Assembly: GCA_965231765.1 (NCBI GenBank)
Contig: OZ246887.1
Span: forward strand, 998,486 to 1,062,485
Source: Candidatus Binatia bacterium
GTDB lineage: Bacteria; Desulfobacterota; Binatia; Bin18
Direction of reading: 5' to 3'
DNA length: 64,000 bases
Shown: positions 48,743 through 57,253 of the stretch, piece after piece
Numbering within the stretch: the first letter of the stretch is position 1
Layout of the letters: the number at the start of each line of letters is the position of its first letter
The notes under the pieces: model-generated
What the model was told of the DNA's origin: nothing
Databases searched by the model: none
The model's input: only the letters and a program-made list of their open reading frames with translations
Position numbers and translations under genes: made by a program

Positions 48743-50404
48743 TTATTCAATCCGTGGAAAGAGAAACCGAGGCGGCATGACCAGCAAATGTGCTCGTGCG
48801 CCCATCGGTCGTTTGGCTCCCTCAGGCTGATACCAGGCTTCGACCCACACGTCGCCGACGTTGCCTTCGAGCATATGCCGCTGTGGGTTGGGACCGTCCA
48901 AGGCTGGGGTGAAGAGCCCGGCGTCATCGAGCGTGCCGACGAACTTGATATCATCGTCGTTCGTCCGCTTCACATATTCTTTTACATTCCACTTGACTGG
49001 TGTGACTCGACCGAGATTAACATCGTCAGCTGTGCCTTTTTTACCGTCCGCTCCGTTTGTATAGCCAGACACCTCAAACTGCTGGAAAATCTTCGGCGCG
49101 CGCCCTCCGCCCGGACGGGCAAAACCATGTTCCGGAGACAGCCGAATATACTCTATCGTCTGGTAAATAGCCAGCGAGAGTTTACTGCTGACTCCTGGAA
49201 TGGTAACGGCTCGAACCCCAGGTTCGGCCGCAGCGTCAATTGCCACTTCGACAACAATAGCATCATTACCCTGCTGAGTGACTGATTGGATTGAGACACC
49301 TGCACCCAAAGACAGCGATTCAGCACTCAGCCCTGGGGGCAAATTGATGCCAAACAACTTCACCGTCTGGCGTGTTCCAGCTTTGAGCGCAGCCGGTATA
49401 CTCTTCAACAGCCGGGCAGGTCCAAGGCTCCGATACCAGGTCTCTTGCATGGCCAGGTCACCATAGTCAGTCACCAGGCGGCGGCCCTGGATTTGTGTGC
49501 CGTCCTCGCTCGCAAAAAAGATCTCTTTCTGTTTTTTCTCGGCCTCTCCCTCACCAACTTGGGCGATCCCCCGCCACTGAAAACCAGCGTAGACAACTCC
49601 AGTCGTTTTGCCAGAGAGTGCGAAACCATTGGAGAATTCGTAGCTCAATGTTCCAGTATAGTGATCACCTTCCACCGCGGTGAGAGTCAGCCGGCCAACA
49701 TAGTCGCCACCTCTCCCGACATCATGCCCGACGACTTTCCACTCACCTGCGTAGTCAACTCTAGGCCGGGATTGCCACGTCGTCCACGCATCCGTATTAA
49801 ACGGCAGGGCTTGCGCCAAATGGGGAACGGCCTGCTGTTTGGCATAATCGAACCAAAACGTCTGAATCATACCCGCCGAAACGGTTTCATTTTCAACATT
49901 CGGCATCAGAGCCAGTTTGGCATCAATGAGTCGATCCCACTGTTCTGCAGTCCGCCGCTGCAGCGCAATCCGCGCGTATGAGTGGCACTGGATACAGCCG
50001 CCCTGCAATGCTTCAGGCACCTGCTGCGTCGTGACGGTATGATCACGGGCCAAAATAGGCTGAAAAGGTGCGACCTCCGCCGGAGCCAAGCCGTACTGAT
50101 CGCTCAGGTATTTGACCAAGGTGCGCGCTTCACCGGGTTGGAGCTCTACGTTATGCGTCAACACCATACGCGAGATGGTCATCTCCCAGCCTTCTGGAGT
50201 CTTGCGCTGAAACTCAATCGCATCAAATTTGGCGTCGGATTCGTGCGGCGCATGACAGCCCGAACAGCGATTTTCCAAAACTGTGCGAGCGGCGTCTTCA
50301 GCGCTCCAGGCGTTGTGTGGAATCAGTATGAGGCTGCTTAGGGACAGCCAGACAGAAATGTACAAAGTGTATGCCACGTTCCGGGTCTCTCCCCTCAAGA
50401 CCAT
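48743..50404 (-). CDS. qhpA: quinohemoprotein amine dehydrogenase alpha subunit (dihaem cytochrome c)
   Basis: Signal peptide and two CxxCH sites (CSGCH, CIQCH). 553 aa. ATG preceded by AGGAGA. Confidence 0.8.
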   Translation of the reverse strand: MVLRGETRNVAYTLYISVWLSLSSLILIPHNAWSAEDAARTVLENRCSGCHAPHESDAKFDAIEFQRKTPEGWEMTISRMVLTHNVELQPGEARTLVKYLSDQYGLAPAEVAPFQPILARDHTVTTQQVPEALQGGCIQCHSYARIALQRRTAEQWDRLIDAKLALMPNVENETVSAGMIQTFWFDYAKQQAVPHLAQALPFNTDAWTTWQSRPRVDYAGEWKVVGHDVGRGGDYVGRLTLTAVEGDHYTGTLSYEFSNGFALSGKTTGVVYAGFQWRGIAQVGEGEAEKKQKEIFFASEDGTQIQGRRLVTDYGDLAMQETWYRSLGPARLLKSIPAALKAGTRQTVKLFGINLPPGLSAESLSLGAGVSIQSVTQQGNDAIVVEVAIDAAAEPGVRAVTIPGVSSKLSLAIYQTIEYIRLSPEHGFARPGGGRAPKIFQQFEVSGYTNGADGKKGTADDVNLGRVTPVKWNVKEYVKRTNDDDIKFVGTLDDAGLFTPALDGPNPQRHMLEGNVGDVWVEAWYQPEGAKRPMGARAHLLVMPPRFLFPRIE

Positions 50405-50523
50405 ACGGCTTCTCCTGACCTTTGCTGTGTTGTTGAGATCTTACACCCCTGCCTCTCGGAGTCAAATGCATTCTGCGTTGACCGACAAGTCGCCATATGC
50501 TCTTCTTTCTGAAAATAGCCTCT

Positions 50524-51237
50524 ATGAACCAGAAACCTGATTTGAAGAATTTGACTGGAGCAGGCGTACGCATTGCGCTCATCGACAGTGGCATAAATGC
50601 AGAACACTCGCATGTCGAGTCGGTTGCTGGTGGGATTGGCTTTTCTTTGGCGGACGATGGCACTATCCAAGACAGTCAGGACTACAGCGACCAACTTGGT
50701 CACGGGACTGCCCTCGCGGGTATTCTGCGGGCCAAAGCACCTCAGGCTGAACTGTACGCGGTGAAGATTTTTGCTGATCGGCTCGGCGGTCCGATTGCCG
50801 TTTTGGAAGCTGGCCTGCGGTGGACGATCGAGCACCACATACAGATTATCAATCTCAGCTTAGGAACAAACAAGCCAGAGCACCGAGAGCGGCTTGCTAC
50901 ACTTGTTGACCAAGCCTGCACTGAAGGATTAATTCTTGTCGCCTCCTCACCACCGGGCCTGACCGAGATGTTCCCGGCTGCGTTGCCTGGGGTTATTGGC
51001 GTGGCTGGAGATGATCAGTGTGGCTGGGAAGCGTACCGCTATATCCCAAACGATCCTATTCCGTTTCGTGCCCATTCCCAGCCACGCCCCCTGCCGGGCT
51101 TGCCGCAGGAACGCAATTTCCGTGGGCATAGTTTTGCTTCAACACACGTTTCGGCTTTACTCGCGCGACACGTCCAACAGCACCCCAGGCTCACAGTCGA
51201 AGAGGCAAAAGCCTTCCTCATGACCTACCCAGACTAA
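50524..51237 (+). CDS. qhpE: subtilisin-like serine protease (QhpC leader peptidase)
   Basis: Asp (ALIDSGI), His (GHGTALAG) and Ser (GHSFASTHVS) triad contexts. Small size fits QhpE. Confidence 0.7.
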   Translation: MNQKPDLKNLTGAGVRIALIDSGINAEHSHVESVAGGIGFSLADDGTIQDSQDYSDQLGHGTALAGILRAKAPQAELYAVKIFADRLGGPIAVLEAGLRWTIEHHIQIINLSLGTNKPEHRERLATLVDQACTEGLILVASSPPGLTEMFPAALPGVIGVAGDDQCGWEAYRYIPNDPIPFRAHSQPRPLPGLPQERNFRGHSFASTHVSALLARHVQQHPRLTVEEAKAFLMTYPD

Positions 51238-51253
51238 ATGTTCGGTATAGGGT

Positions 51254-53017
51254 CTAAGCTTTCACCGCCCCCTTCTGACCCTCGTCTTGTAATACTGCCT
51301 GTACCCCGCTCGGTAAAACGGTTTCGTCTCCATACAGTCCTTGCCAGGCGATGCGACCGTCATCAAAGATAAGAATGGGATCACCCACGTGCAGAGATGA
51401 AAGGCGATGGGTCACAACAATGACCGTCCCGTCCTGCATAAACGTCTCTAACGCCTCACGGATCTCGGCTTCACTCGTCACATCAAGCCCAGACAGTGCC
51501 TCATCCAGTATCAACACAGTTGGACGTTTGAGGACTGCGCGGGCCAGAGCAATACGCTGCTTCTGTCCGGCAGAGAGCCGTGCCCCGCGCTCACCAACCA
51601 GCGTGTGGTAACCGTGTGGCAGAGACACAATAAAATCATGCAGTCCGACAGTTTTTGAGGCGGCTCTAACAGCATCCTCAGACACCTCAGGATCAGTATA
51701 CCGAATATTCTCAAGCACCGAGGCATGGAAGAGCACCGGCTCATGTCCAACCAGTACAATTGAGCTGCGCAGCCAGTGAATCTCACACTCGGAGAGAGGC
51801 TGTCCGTCAAGAAGGATAGTACCAACTTGGGGTTCGTATATACGTACTAATAAATCCGCGAGCGTCGATTTCCCAGTGCCACTCGGGCCGAGGATCGTCA
51901 GCCGCCCGCCGGCAGGAATAGAAAAACTCACATCCCGCAAAATTGCTTCGTCCGGATTGTAGGCAAAAGATACGTTGCGGAATTCGATATCTCCCCGGAA
52001 GTCAACAATCTGTTTGCCGTGTCCAAGTCGTTCAACGTGCTGCTGACCAAGGTCGAGGAATTCAAAAATGCGATCGACGGACACCCCTGCGCGTTCAATC
52101 CGCAGATACAGATCCATCAAGACTTGGAGCGGACTGAAGGCTCGTGACTGATAGGCCGAGAAGGCAACCAGCCCACCAATACTCATCTGGCCTTCAATGA
52201 CCAGATAGCCGCCATACAGAGTGGTCAACGCTCCACCCAGGAACGTGGTCGCCGTCGAGGCCGTGCTGGCGAAATAGCCGAGCATTTCAAAACGTGTCAC
52301 AATCTTCACGAACTGTTCACCTAAGACTCCTAACCGCCCCAGCTGCACCTGCTCGGCTCCGAACAGTTTGATAAAACGCACCGAGGATAAGGATTCAATC
52401 AAGAAAGAAGAGATCTCGGCATTCAGTTCGCGCACCCGCCGCGTCTCATCGACCATCAACGGCCGGACCTTCTGGACGCCGTACAGCTGCAGCGGCAACA
52501 CAATCAGACTGACCAGAAAAAGCTGCCAGTTCAGCCAGACGAGGAAGGCCACGGTCGCGATCAATACAAAGATATTTGTGACAAAGGTAAAGGCGGCATC
52601 GGTGAGGACAGACTGGACCTCAGCGATATCTGTATTAAGACGTGAGAGCAAATCGCCAACTCTGTTTTGCGTGTGAAAACGCACAGACAAAGCCTGCAGA
52701 TGGCCAAACAAGTGCTGGCGCAGGGAGAACAGAATACGCGCCGTGATCTGGGTGTAATAATAGCGGTTGAACGCACCGATGACATACCCAGCCGCAGTCA
52801 CCCCAACCATGACCCCGCTCAGCACAAACAGCAAATGTAGGTTTTTGGCCAACAGGACATCGTCGATCAATATTTTGGTGAAAATCGGCCACAACAGCCC
52901 CAACAGTGTCCCAAACAGAGACAGTCCAAAGACAAGAATCAAGCGCCGAACAAAGGGCCTGACAAAAGGCAGCAGGCGGCGGAAACGGGAGAGAGAGGAA
53001 GCGAAAGAGGGCATCAT
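51254..53017 (-). CDS. qhpF: ABC exporter, fused permease/ATPase
   Basis: Six-TM domain plus Walker A GPSGTGKST, signature LSAGQKQR and Walker B ILILDEA. Start set at the MM at 53017. Confidence 0.75.
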   Translation of the reverse strand: MMPSFASSLSRFRRLLPFVRPFVRRLILVFGLSLFGTLLGLLWPIFTKILIDDVLLAKNLHLLFVLSGVMVGVTAAGYVIGAFNRYYYTQITARILFSLRQHLFGHLQALSVRFHTQNRVGDLLSRLNTDIAEVQSVLTDAAFTFVTNIFVLIATVAFLVWLNWQLFLVSLIVLPLQLYGVQKVRPLMVDETRRVRELNAEISSFLIESLSSVRFIKLFGAEQVQLGRLGVLGEQFVKIVTRFEMLGYFASTASTATTFLGGALTTLYGGYLVIEGQMSIGGLVAFSAYQSRAFSPLQVLMDLYLRIERAGVSVDRIFEFLDLGQQHVERLGHGKQIVDFRGDIEFRNVSFAYNPDEAILRDVSFSIPAGGRLTILGPSGTGKSTLADLLVRIYEPQVGTILLDGQPLSECEIHWLRSSIVLVGHEPVLFHASVLENIRYTDPEVSEDAVRAASKTVGLHDFIVSLPHGYHTLVGERGARLSAGQKQRIALARAVLKRPTVLILDEALSGLDVTSEAEIREALETFMQDGTVIVVTHRLSSLHVGDPILIFDDGRIAWQGLYGDETVLPSGVQAVLQDEGQKGAVKA

Positions 53018-53067
53018 AAAGTGATCCAGTGGGGAATATTCACACCATCCAGGCTTTGCTAAGGTTT

Positions 53068-53128
53068 GATCTCGTTCCTCTGGCTTTTCATAGCCGATCA
53101 CACCTGAACCCGCCAGAGGAACGAGATC
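53068..53128. promoter_or_regulatory. 17-bp perfect inverted repeat in the qhpF/qhpG divergent spacer
   Basis: GATCTCGTTCCTCTGGC (53068-53084) and GCCAGAGGAACGAGATC (53112-53128), 27 nt apart. Confidence 0.55.
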
Positions 53129-53151
53129 CCCAAGGGAGCAGGCCAGATAGC

Positions 53152-54630
53152 ATGCCTCAGACAGCAGCGCAGCCAATCCCAACCAGCGCAGATATAGTCG
53201 TGGCCGGAGGCGGACCAGCCGGGGCAACGATTGCCCGCCTGTTAGCCGACTACGGTTTCCACGTCGTACTCATCGAAAAACGCCGATTTCCTCGGTACCA
53301 GATTGGCGAATCGCTCACCCCACGTATTCTTCCCCTATTTGACTTTCTCGGTATCCGTTCCCGCATTGAAGCAGCCGGTTTTCTCCCGATTACTGGTCAC
53401 ACCGTGTGCTGGGGAAGTCCACAGCCTCGGACGGCTTATTACAGCCCGGATCGGATGCGACATGGATTCCAGGTCTGGCGCCCTGACTTCGACAGTCTGC
53501 TCCTCGAACATGCTCGGCAGAGCGATGTTCAAATTGTTGAGGGGCAAGCTGTGACTGGGATGCGTTTTCACGCTGGAGATAGGGTCACGCTCCAGACCAC
53601 GTCTCAGCAGCGGATCACGGCTTCGTTCTTTATCGATGCGACGGGCCATTCCGGCCTGCTTGCCGGTCAAGGCTGGCGGCAGCGTGACCCTATTTTTCAA
53701 ACGCTGGCGATTACGGCGTACTGGCATGGGGTCCAAGAAGAGGACGGCGTCGATCGCGGCAATACCCTGATAGAAGCCTACCCAAACGGCATGCTGTGGT
53801 CCCTGCCCCTGCATACCGGGCTGCGCAACGTGACTGTGCTGCTTGACTGGTCGGCTGGTCAGCAGATCCGTGAGACCAGCCTGGCCGAGTTCTACACATC
53901 CGAACTTGGCCAGGCCGCCTACACAAGCTCCCTCTTGCATGGAGCGCAGATCAGGATCTCGCCTCGTGCGTGTGACGCCTCGCTGTATACAGCCACGACA
54001 TTTGCGACCGAGCGGGCGCTTTTAGTTGGCGATGCGGGGCTCTTTATCGATCCGCTGTCATCAGAAGGAGTCCACAAAGCAATGGCCTCTGCCATAACTG
54101 GCGCAGTCGTGGTGAATACGATTTTGCGGCGGCCGTGGATGCGTTCTCAGGCCATAGCCTTCTACCACGAGCGCCAACAACAGACGTATGACTCACACTA
54201 TCAGCAATCCGTTGCCTATTATCGCGAAGAACGCCGCTGGTCCGAGCAGGTGTTCTGGCAACGCCGGGCCGGGGCAATGCTGCAAGCCCAGCCCCAAGCG
54301 CCGCCTCTCTTATCCCAGCCCCAAACGCTGTCCCACTTACAGTGGTCTTCGACGGTCAGTATCGAACAACGCCCAACGATCGAAGGAGTCTATATCGAGC
54401 TTCGAGAAGCGGCCATCACTCCTCGTTATCCAAATGGGGTACGCTATCTTGATCGCGTCTGTGTCCCGACGCTGCTCAGGGTCGTAAAACGCAATCCTGC
54501 AATTGGTGCGATTATTCCGGCCTACCTGGGTCACCCTGATGGAAAAGACTGTCCACCAGAGGCAGTCAGGCAAGTCTTAGCGCGTTGCTATCAAGAAGGG
54601 CTGCTGGTCAAGGTGCCAGCATATGCTTAG
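53152..54630 (+). CDS. qhpG: FAD-dependent monooxygenase (halogenase-like fold)
   Basis: DIVVAGGGPAGATIARLL..VVLIEKRRFPRYQIGESL and GDAGLFIDPLSSEGV. ATG at 53152. Confidence 0.7.
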   Translation: MPQTAAQPIPTSADIVVAGGGPAGATIARLLADYGFHVVLIEKRRFPRYQIGESLTPRILPLFDFLGIRSRIEAAGFLPITGHTVCWGSPQPRTAYYSPDRMRHGFQVWRPDFDSLLLEHARQSDVQIVEGQAVTGMRFHAGDRVTLQTTSQQRITASFFIDATGHSGLLAGQGWRQRDPIFQTLAITAYWHGVQEEDGVDRGNTLIEAYPNGMLWSLPLHTGLRNVTVLLDWSAGQQIRETSLAEFYTSELGQAAYTSSLLHGAQIRISPRACDASLYTATTFATERALLVGDAGLFIDPLSSEGVHKAMASAITGAVVVNTILRRPWMRSQAIAFYHERQQQTYDSHYQQSVAYYREERRWSEQVFWQRRAGAMLQAQPQAPPLLSQPQTLSHLQWSSTVSIEQRPTIEGVYIELREAAITPRYPNGVRYLDRVCVPTLLRVVKRNPAIGAIIPAYLGHPDGKDCPPEAVRQVLARCYQEGLLVKVPAYA

Positions 54631-54635
54631 TGTTT

Positions 54636-54664
54636 CAGGTGGCTGGGCTCCGCTTATCCACCTG
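54636..54664. repeat. REP-like hairpin, family A, inverted orientation
   Basis: CAGGTGG..15 nt..CCACCTG. The reverse complement contains GGTGGATAAGCG, as at 31836. Confidence 0.6.
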
Positions 54665-54691
54665 ACGGGGACGATACGGGACGAGAGGCAA

Positions 54692-55258
54692 TTATGGAGA
54701 ATCCAGAGAACCAGTGGCATTCACCAGTCGATAATCCTGGGCTAAATCGTCCAAGAGCGATCCCAGCGCAGCTTCTACGCTGTGGACAAAGCTGGTTCGC
54801 AAGGTCAGGGTCAATTGTCCTGCGGCCCATGTGGGAGCGAGCATTGTGACTTGCTCAGTCCGCGTCAAATGCACGATTTGACGGACTTCCACGTCGAGAC
54901 AATAAGCCAACACACTGCTCGGATGCTCAGTCGTGTGGAGTGACAGGACTAATACGGTCGGAAAATCGCCAACCGGAATAGAAGTCCGGCGTAAGCGCTC
55001 ACGAGCGGCAATCTTGAGCCGTACGCTGTCCACACCGAGCGAACGAGCAGCTCGACTCAGCGTCCCAACCTCAATCCGGAAGCCTTTGACGCCATCCAAG
55101 GTTATCGCGTCAGCGCCAGCGCTGAATGCCTGACTGGGGCATGAGAAGAGGAGCACTATGCTGAGGATCGCCCAGCGGCACAACCGGCACAACCGGCACA
55201 ACCGGCATAACAAGGATCGCTGCGCTAAGGACTGAGTGAAGAGAGAGTCTGTGGCCAT
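54692..55258 (-). CDS. secreted hypothetical protein
   Basis: Signal-peptide-like N-terminus ending AFSAG. No recognisable domain. Confidence 0.55.
   Translation of the reverse strand: MATDSLFTQSLAQRSLLCRLCRLCRLCRWAILSIVLLFSCPSQAFSAGADAITLDGVKGFRIEVGTLSRAARSLGVDSVRLKIAARERLRRTSIPVGDFPTVLVLSLHTTEHPSSVLAYCLDVEVRQIVHLTRTEQVTMLAPTWAAGQLTLTLRTSFVHSVEAALGSLLDDLAQDYRLVNATGSLDSP
55176..55211. repeat. 9-bp tandem repeat CGGCACAAC x3 plus one variant
   Basis: Read directly. It encodes (CRL)n in the n-region of the signal peptide of the 54692-55258 ORF. Confidence 0.8.
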
Positions 55259-55278
55259 TTTTTCCTGCTCAGTTCTGG

Positions 55279-55764
55279 TTACTCAGTCCTCTTATCCCTC
55301 GTCTCCTTCTCATATTGAAGCTCGACTGCCTTCTCAATCAGGCCAAACAAACGCGTCTGTTTTTCATGCGGGAGTGATTGGAGCGCTTTTTGGATCAATT
55401 CGGTACTTTCAGACAGTTCGCGAGCTGATGCGTCGGCGCCTTTTTGGGCGACTGAGACAAACGACTCACGTTCCCGAGGCGACAGCCCTTGGAGTGCCTC
55501 GGCATATAGCTTGTCCATTTCCTTCCGCTCTTCGGCAGCCAGGAGTTTTTTCCCTTCGCGTGACATCTCTAGGCCTCGCCTGGCTGCCGGAATGCCTGCT
55601 TGCTCCATGATATCCCGCCAGCCTTCTCGGGGAACTGGCCGGTACGTATACACCAGCGCAATCAGGACCGCAAAGACGACGAGGGCACTCATGACCAGCC
55701 AGCTGCCGCGCTTTGATGGAGGAGATGTTAGAGCAGATTCTGAAGCGGATTCATGTGTCGCCAT
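55279..55764 (-). CDS. single-pass membrane protein, helical/charged ectodomain
   Basis: TM helix WLVMSALVVFAVLIALVY followed by a Glu/Lys/Arg-rich helix. Confidence 0.55.
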   Translation of the reverse strand: MATHESASESALTSPPSKRGSWLVMSALVVFAVLIALVYTYRPVPREGWRDIMEQAGIPAARRGLEMSREGKKLLAAEERKEMDKLYAEALQGLSPRERESFVSVAQKGADASARELSESTELIQKALQSLPHEKQTRLFGLIEKAVELQYEKETRDKRTE

Positions 55765-55839
55765 GCGTGTTCATTAAAGGACTTTCAACCGAGCGACAAG
55801 AGTGGCTCTTTTCTTGCCGAGCCGCTATGGTATATCCGC

Positions 55840-56484
55840 ATGACAGGCCAGCGGCACGAATCACAGCCGACTATTCGGTTCCCCGAAATCGTAGGACGAG
55901 TGGGCGTTGTGGGTGGAACACCACAAGACACAACGCAGCTGTGTGTCGGGCTCGCCCTTCGTCAGGCCCAACAACGCGGTCTCGTCCTGTGCCTGGACGC
56001 GCGAAGAGATACGCAGACAGAAATCCAGTTCCGTCTTTTGCTACGAGAGAATGCCCGCTATATTCCGCTGCCGCCCTCGGGAAGGTTGCCGAAAGAGATT
56101 CCGCACGAAGTCCTGAATATCGTGGCTCAAGGACTCCAATCCGGGCAAATCCAGCCGACTCAGCCCACGCACCAGGCGGCAGCCCCACCTCCCCTCCTTT
56201 TAGTTGATAATGTAAATGCCGGAGCAACCTGGGAACGGACGCTCTCCTTCGTTCTCAAGGCTGGGGCAACAGTGGTTTCGTTTTTAGGCTCAGCCGCTGA
56301 GGTGGCTTTTGGACGCTACGATACGCTGCTCGTGCTGCGAGCAGCGGTAGAGGCAGCGGATGAAATCAGTCGCGCCGTGGGGCGCAAAGTGAGCCCGGAG
56401 GAGATTATGAGTCTGCCTGTAGGACAAGGCTGGCTCATTCACTTCACCACAGTCCATCGGGTCAAACTCCTCGACGCGGGCTAA
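55840..56484 (+). CDS. hypothetical protein
   Basis: ATG at 55840. No confident motif. Confidence 0.45.
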   Translation: MTGQRHESQPTIRFPEIVGRVGVVGGTPQDTTQLCVGLALRQAQQRGLVLCLDARRDTQTEIQFRLLLRENARYIPLPPSGRLPKEIPHEVLNIVAQGLQSGQIQPTQPTHQAAAPPPLLLVDNVNAGATWERTLSFVLKAGATVVSFLGSAAEVAFGRYDTLLVLRAAVEAADEISRAVGRKVSPEEIMSLPVGQGWLIHFTTVHRVKLLDAG

Positions 56485-56647
56485 AGCTGCTCAGCCTTCA
56501 GCTTGTCCAGCGCTCCGTGCTTCTTGATAATCATAGACCAGGTCAGCACGCAGGAAGACACACCAACAAGCGAGTCGTTTTATGTGCCTACAGGTTCTTC
56601 TCCTTGCTCCTCTTACCGGGACCGGAGCAAACCAGCCTTAGAGTTGA

Positions 56648-56839
56648 CAAGCGCGACACGAGCACGGAATAATCCGGGCCAACAAAACGGCCAAAAAGAC
56701 GGAAATTGAAGAAACGGTCGGGTATGTATATCGAGAAGGGCAACGACTCGGCATCCCCGTCCCTTACACCGAGTTCGCCTATCAAACGCTCAAAGCCATT
56801 GAAGACAACTTTGACGGCCGAGTCAGCGAAGTCCGCTAA
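56648..56839 (+). pseudogene. C-terminal fragment of a ketopantoate reductase (PanE/ApbA)-like gene
   Basis: Start-less frame ..KKTEIEETVGYVYREGQRLGIPVPYTEFAYQTLKAIE.. matches the PanE C-terminal pattern TEI-x3-G-x-(n)-G-I-x-V-P. Confidence 0.45.
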
Positions 56840-57006
56840 ACCGAGCCCGGAATACGCAGCACCTCGCCAATCTGGAAATGTGAACTATCCAGGCGGTTTG
56901 CCCGCACCAATGCCTGTACGGAAATGCCATGGCGAGGCGCAATTGGCTCAGGACTTGCGGATAGTCTGCGCCCACGGGCGCGAGGTATGACCCCAAAGCT
57001 CGTCAC
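56836..57006 (-). CDS. possible 56-aa LysM-like mini-protein or remnant
   Basis: GTG start. ..RHGISVQALVRANRLDSSHFQIGEVLRIPG resembles the second half of a LysM domain. The first half is atypical. Confidence 0.3.
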   Translation of the reverse strand: MTSFGVIPRARGRRLSASPEPIAPRHGISVQALVRANRLDSSHFQIGEVLRIPGSV

Positions 57007-57136
57007 AACATATCAGCCCACTATTGAGAAGCTCCGATGTTTTCCCTATGCTATTGGCCAATTCGTTGCGCCCTCAGAAGAATCAGCGCGAAGCGAATCT
57101 GAGAGTCAATTTGAGAATAGGGAGGCATCAGGGATC

Positions 57137-57238
57137 ATGGACAGGAGTCAAGGACAAGGCCCAGCTTGGATGGTATTTTTGGTGTGGATACTTCTTCCAC
57201 TCCTCCTCTTTTTCCTCATCATCACATTCACTGGCTGA
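57137..57238 (+). CDS. 33-aa single-TM mini-protein
   Basis: RBS GGGAGG then MDRSQGQGPAWMVFLVWILLPLLLFFLIITFTG. Its stop is 15 nt before the DsbA-like start. Confidence 0.35.
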   Translation: MDRSQGQGPAWMVFLVWILLPLLLFFLIITFTG

Positions 57239-57253
57239 TAAGGAGATTATGGA

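Noticed and set aside
53018-53227. Track N-terminal extensions that make qhpF (to 53227) and qhpG (from 53029) overlap by ~200 nt on opposite strands
   Set aside because: - The extensions have no ABC-exporter or flavoprotein features.
- Internal ATGs at 53017 and 53152 give normal N-termini.
- The extensions would turn the 17-bp inverted repeat into coding sequence.
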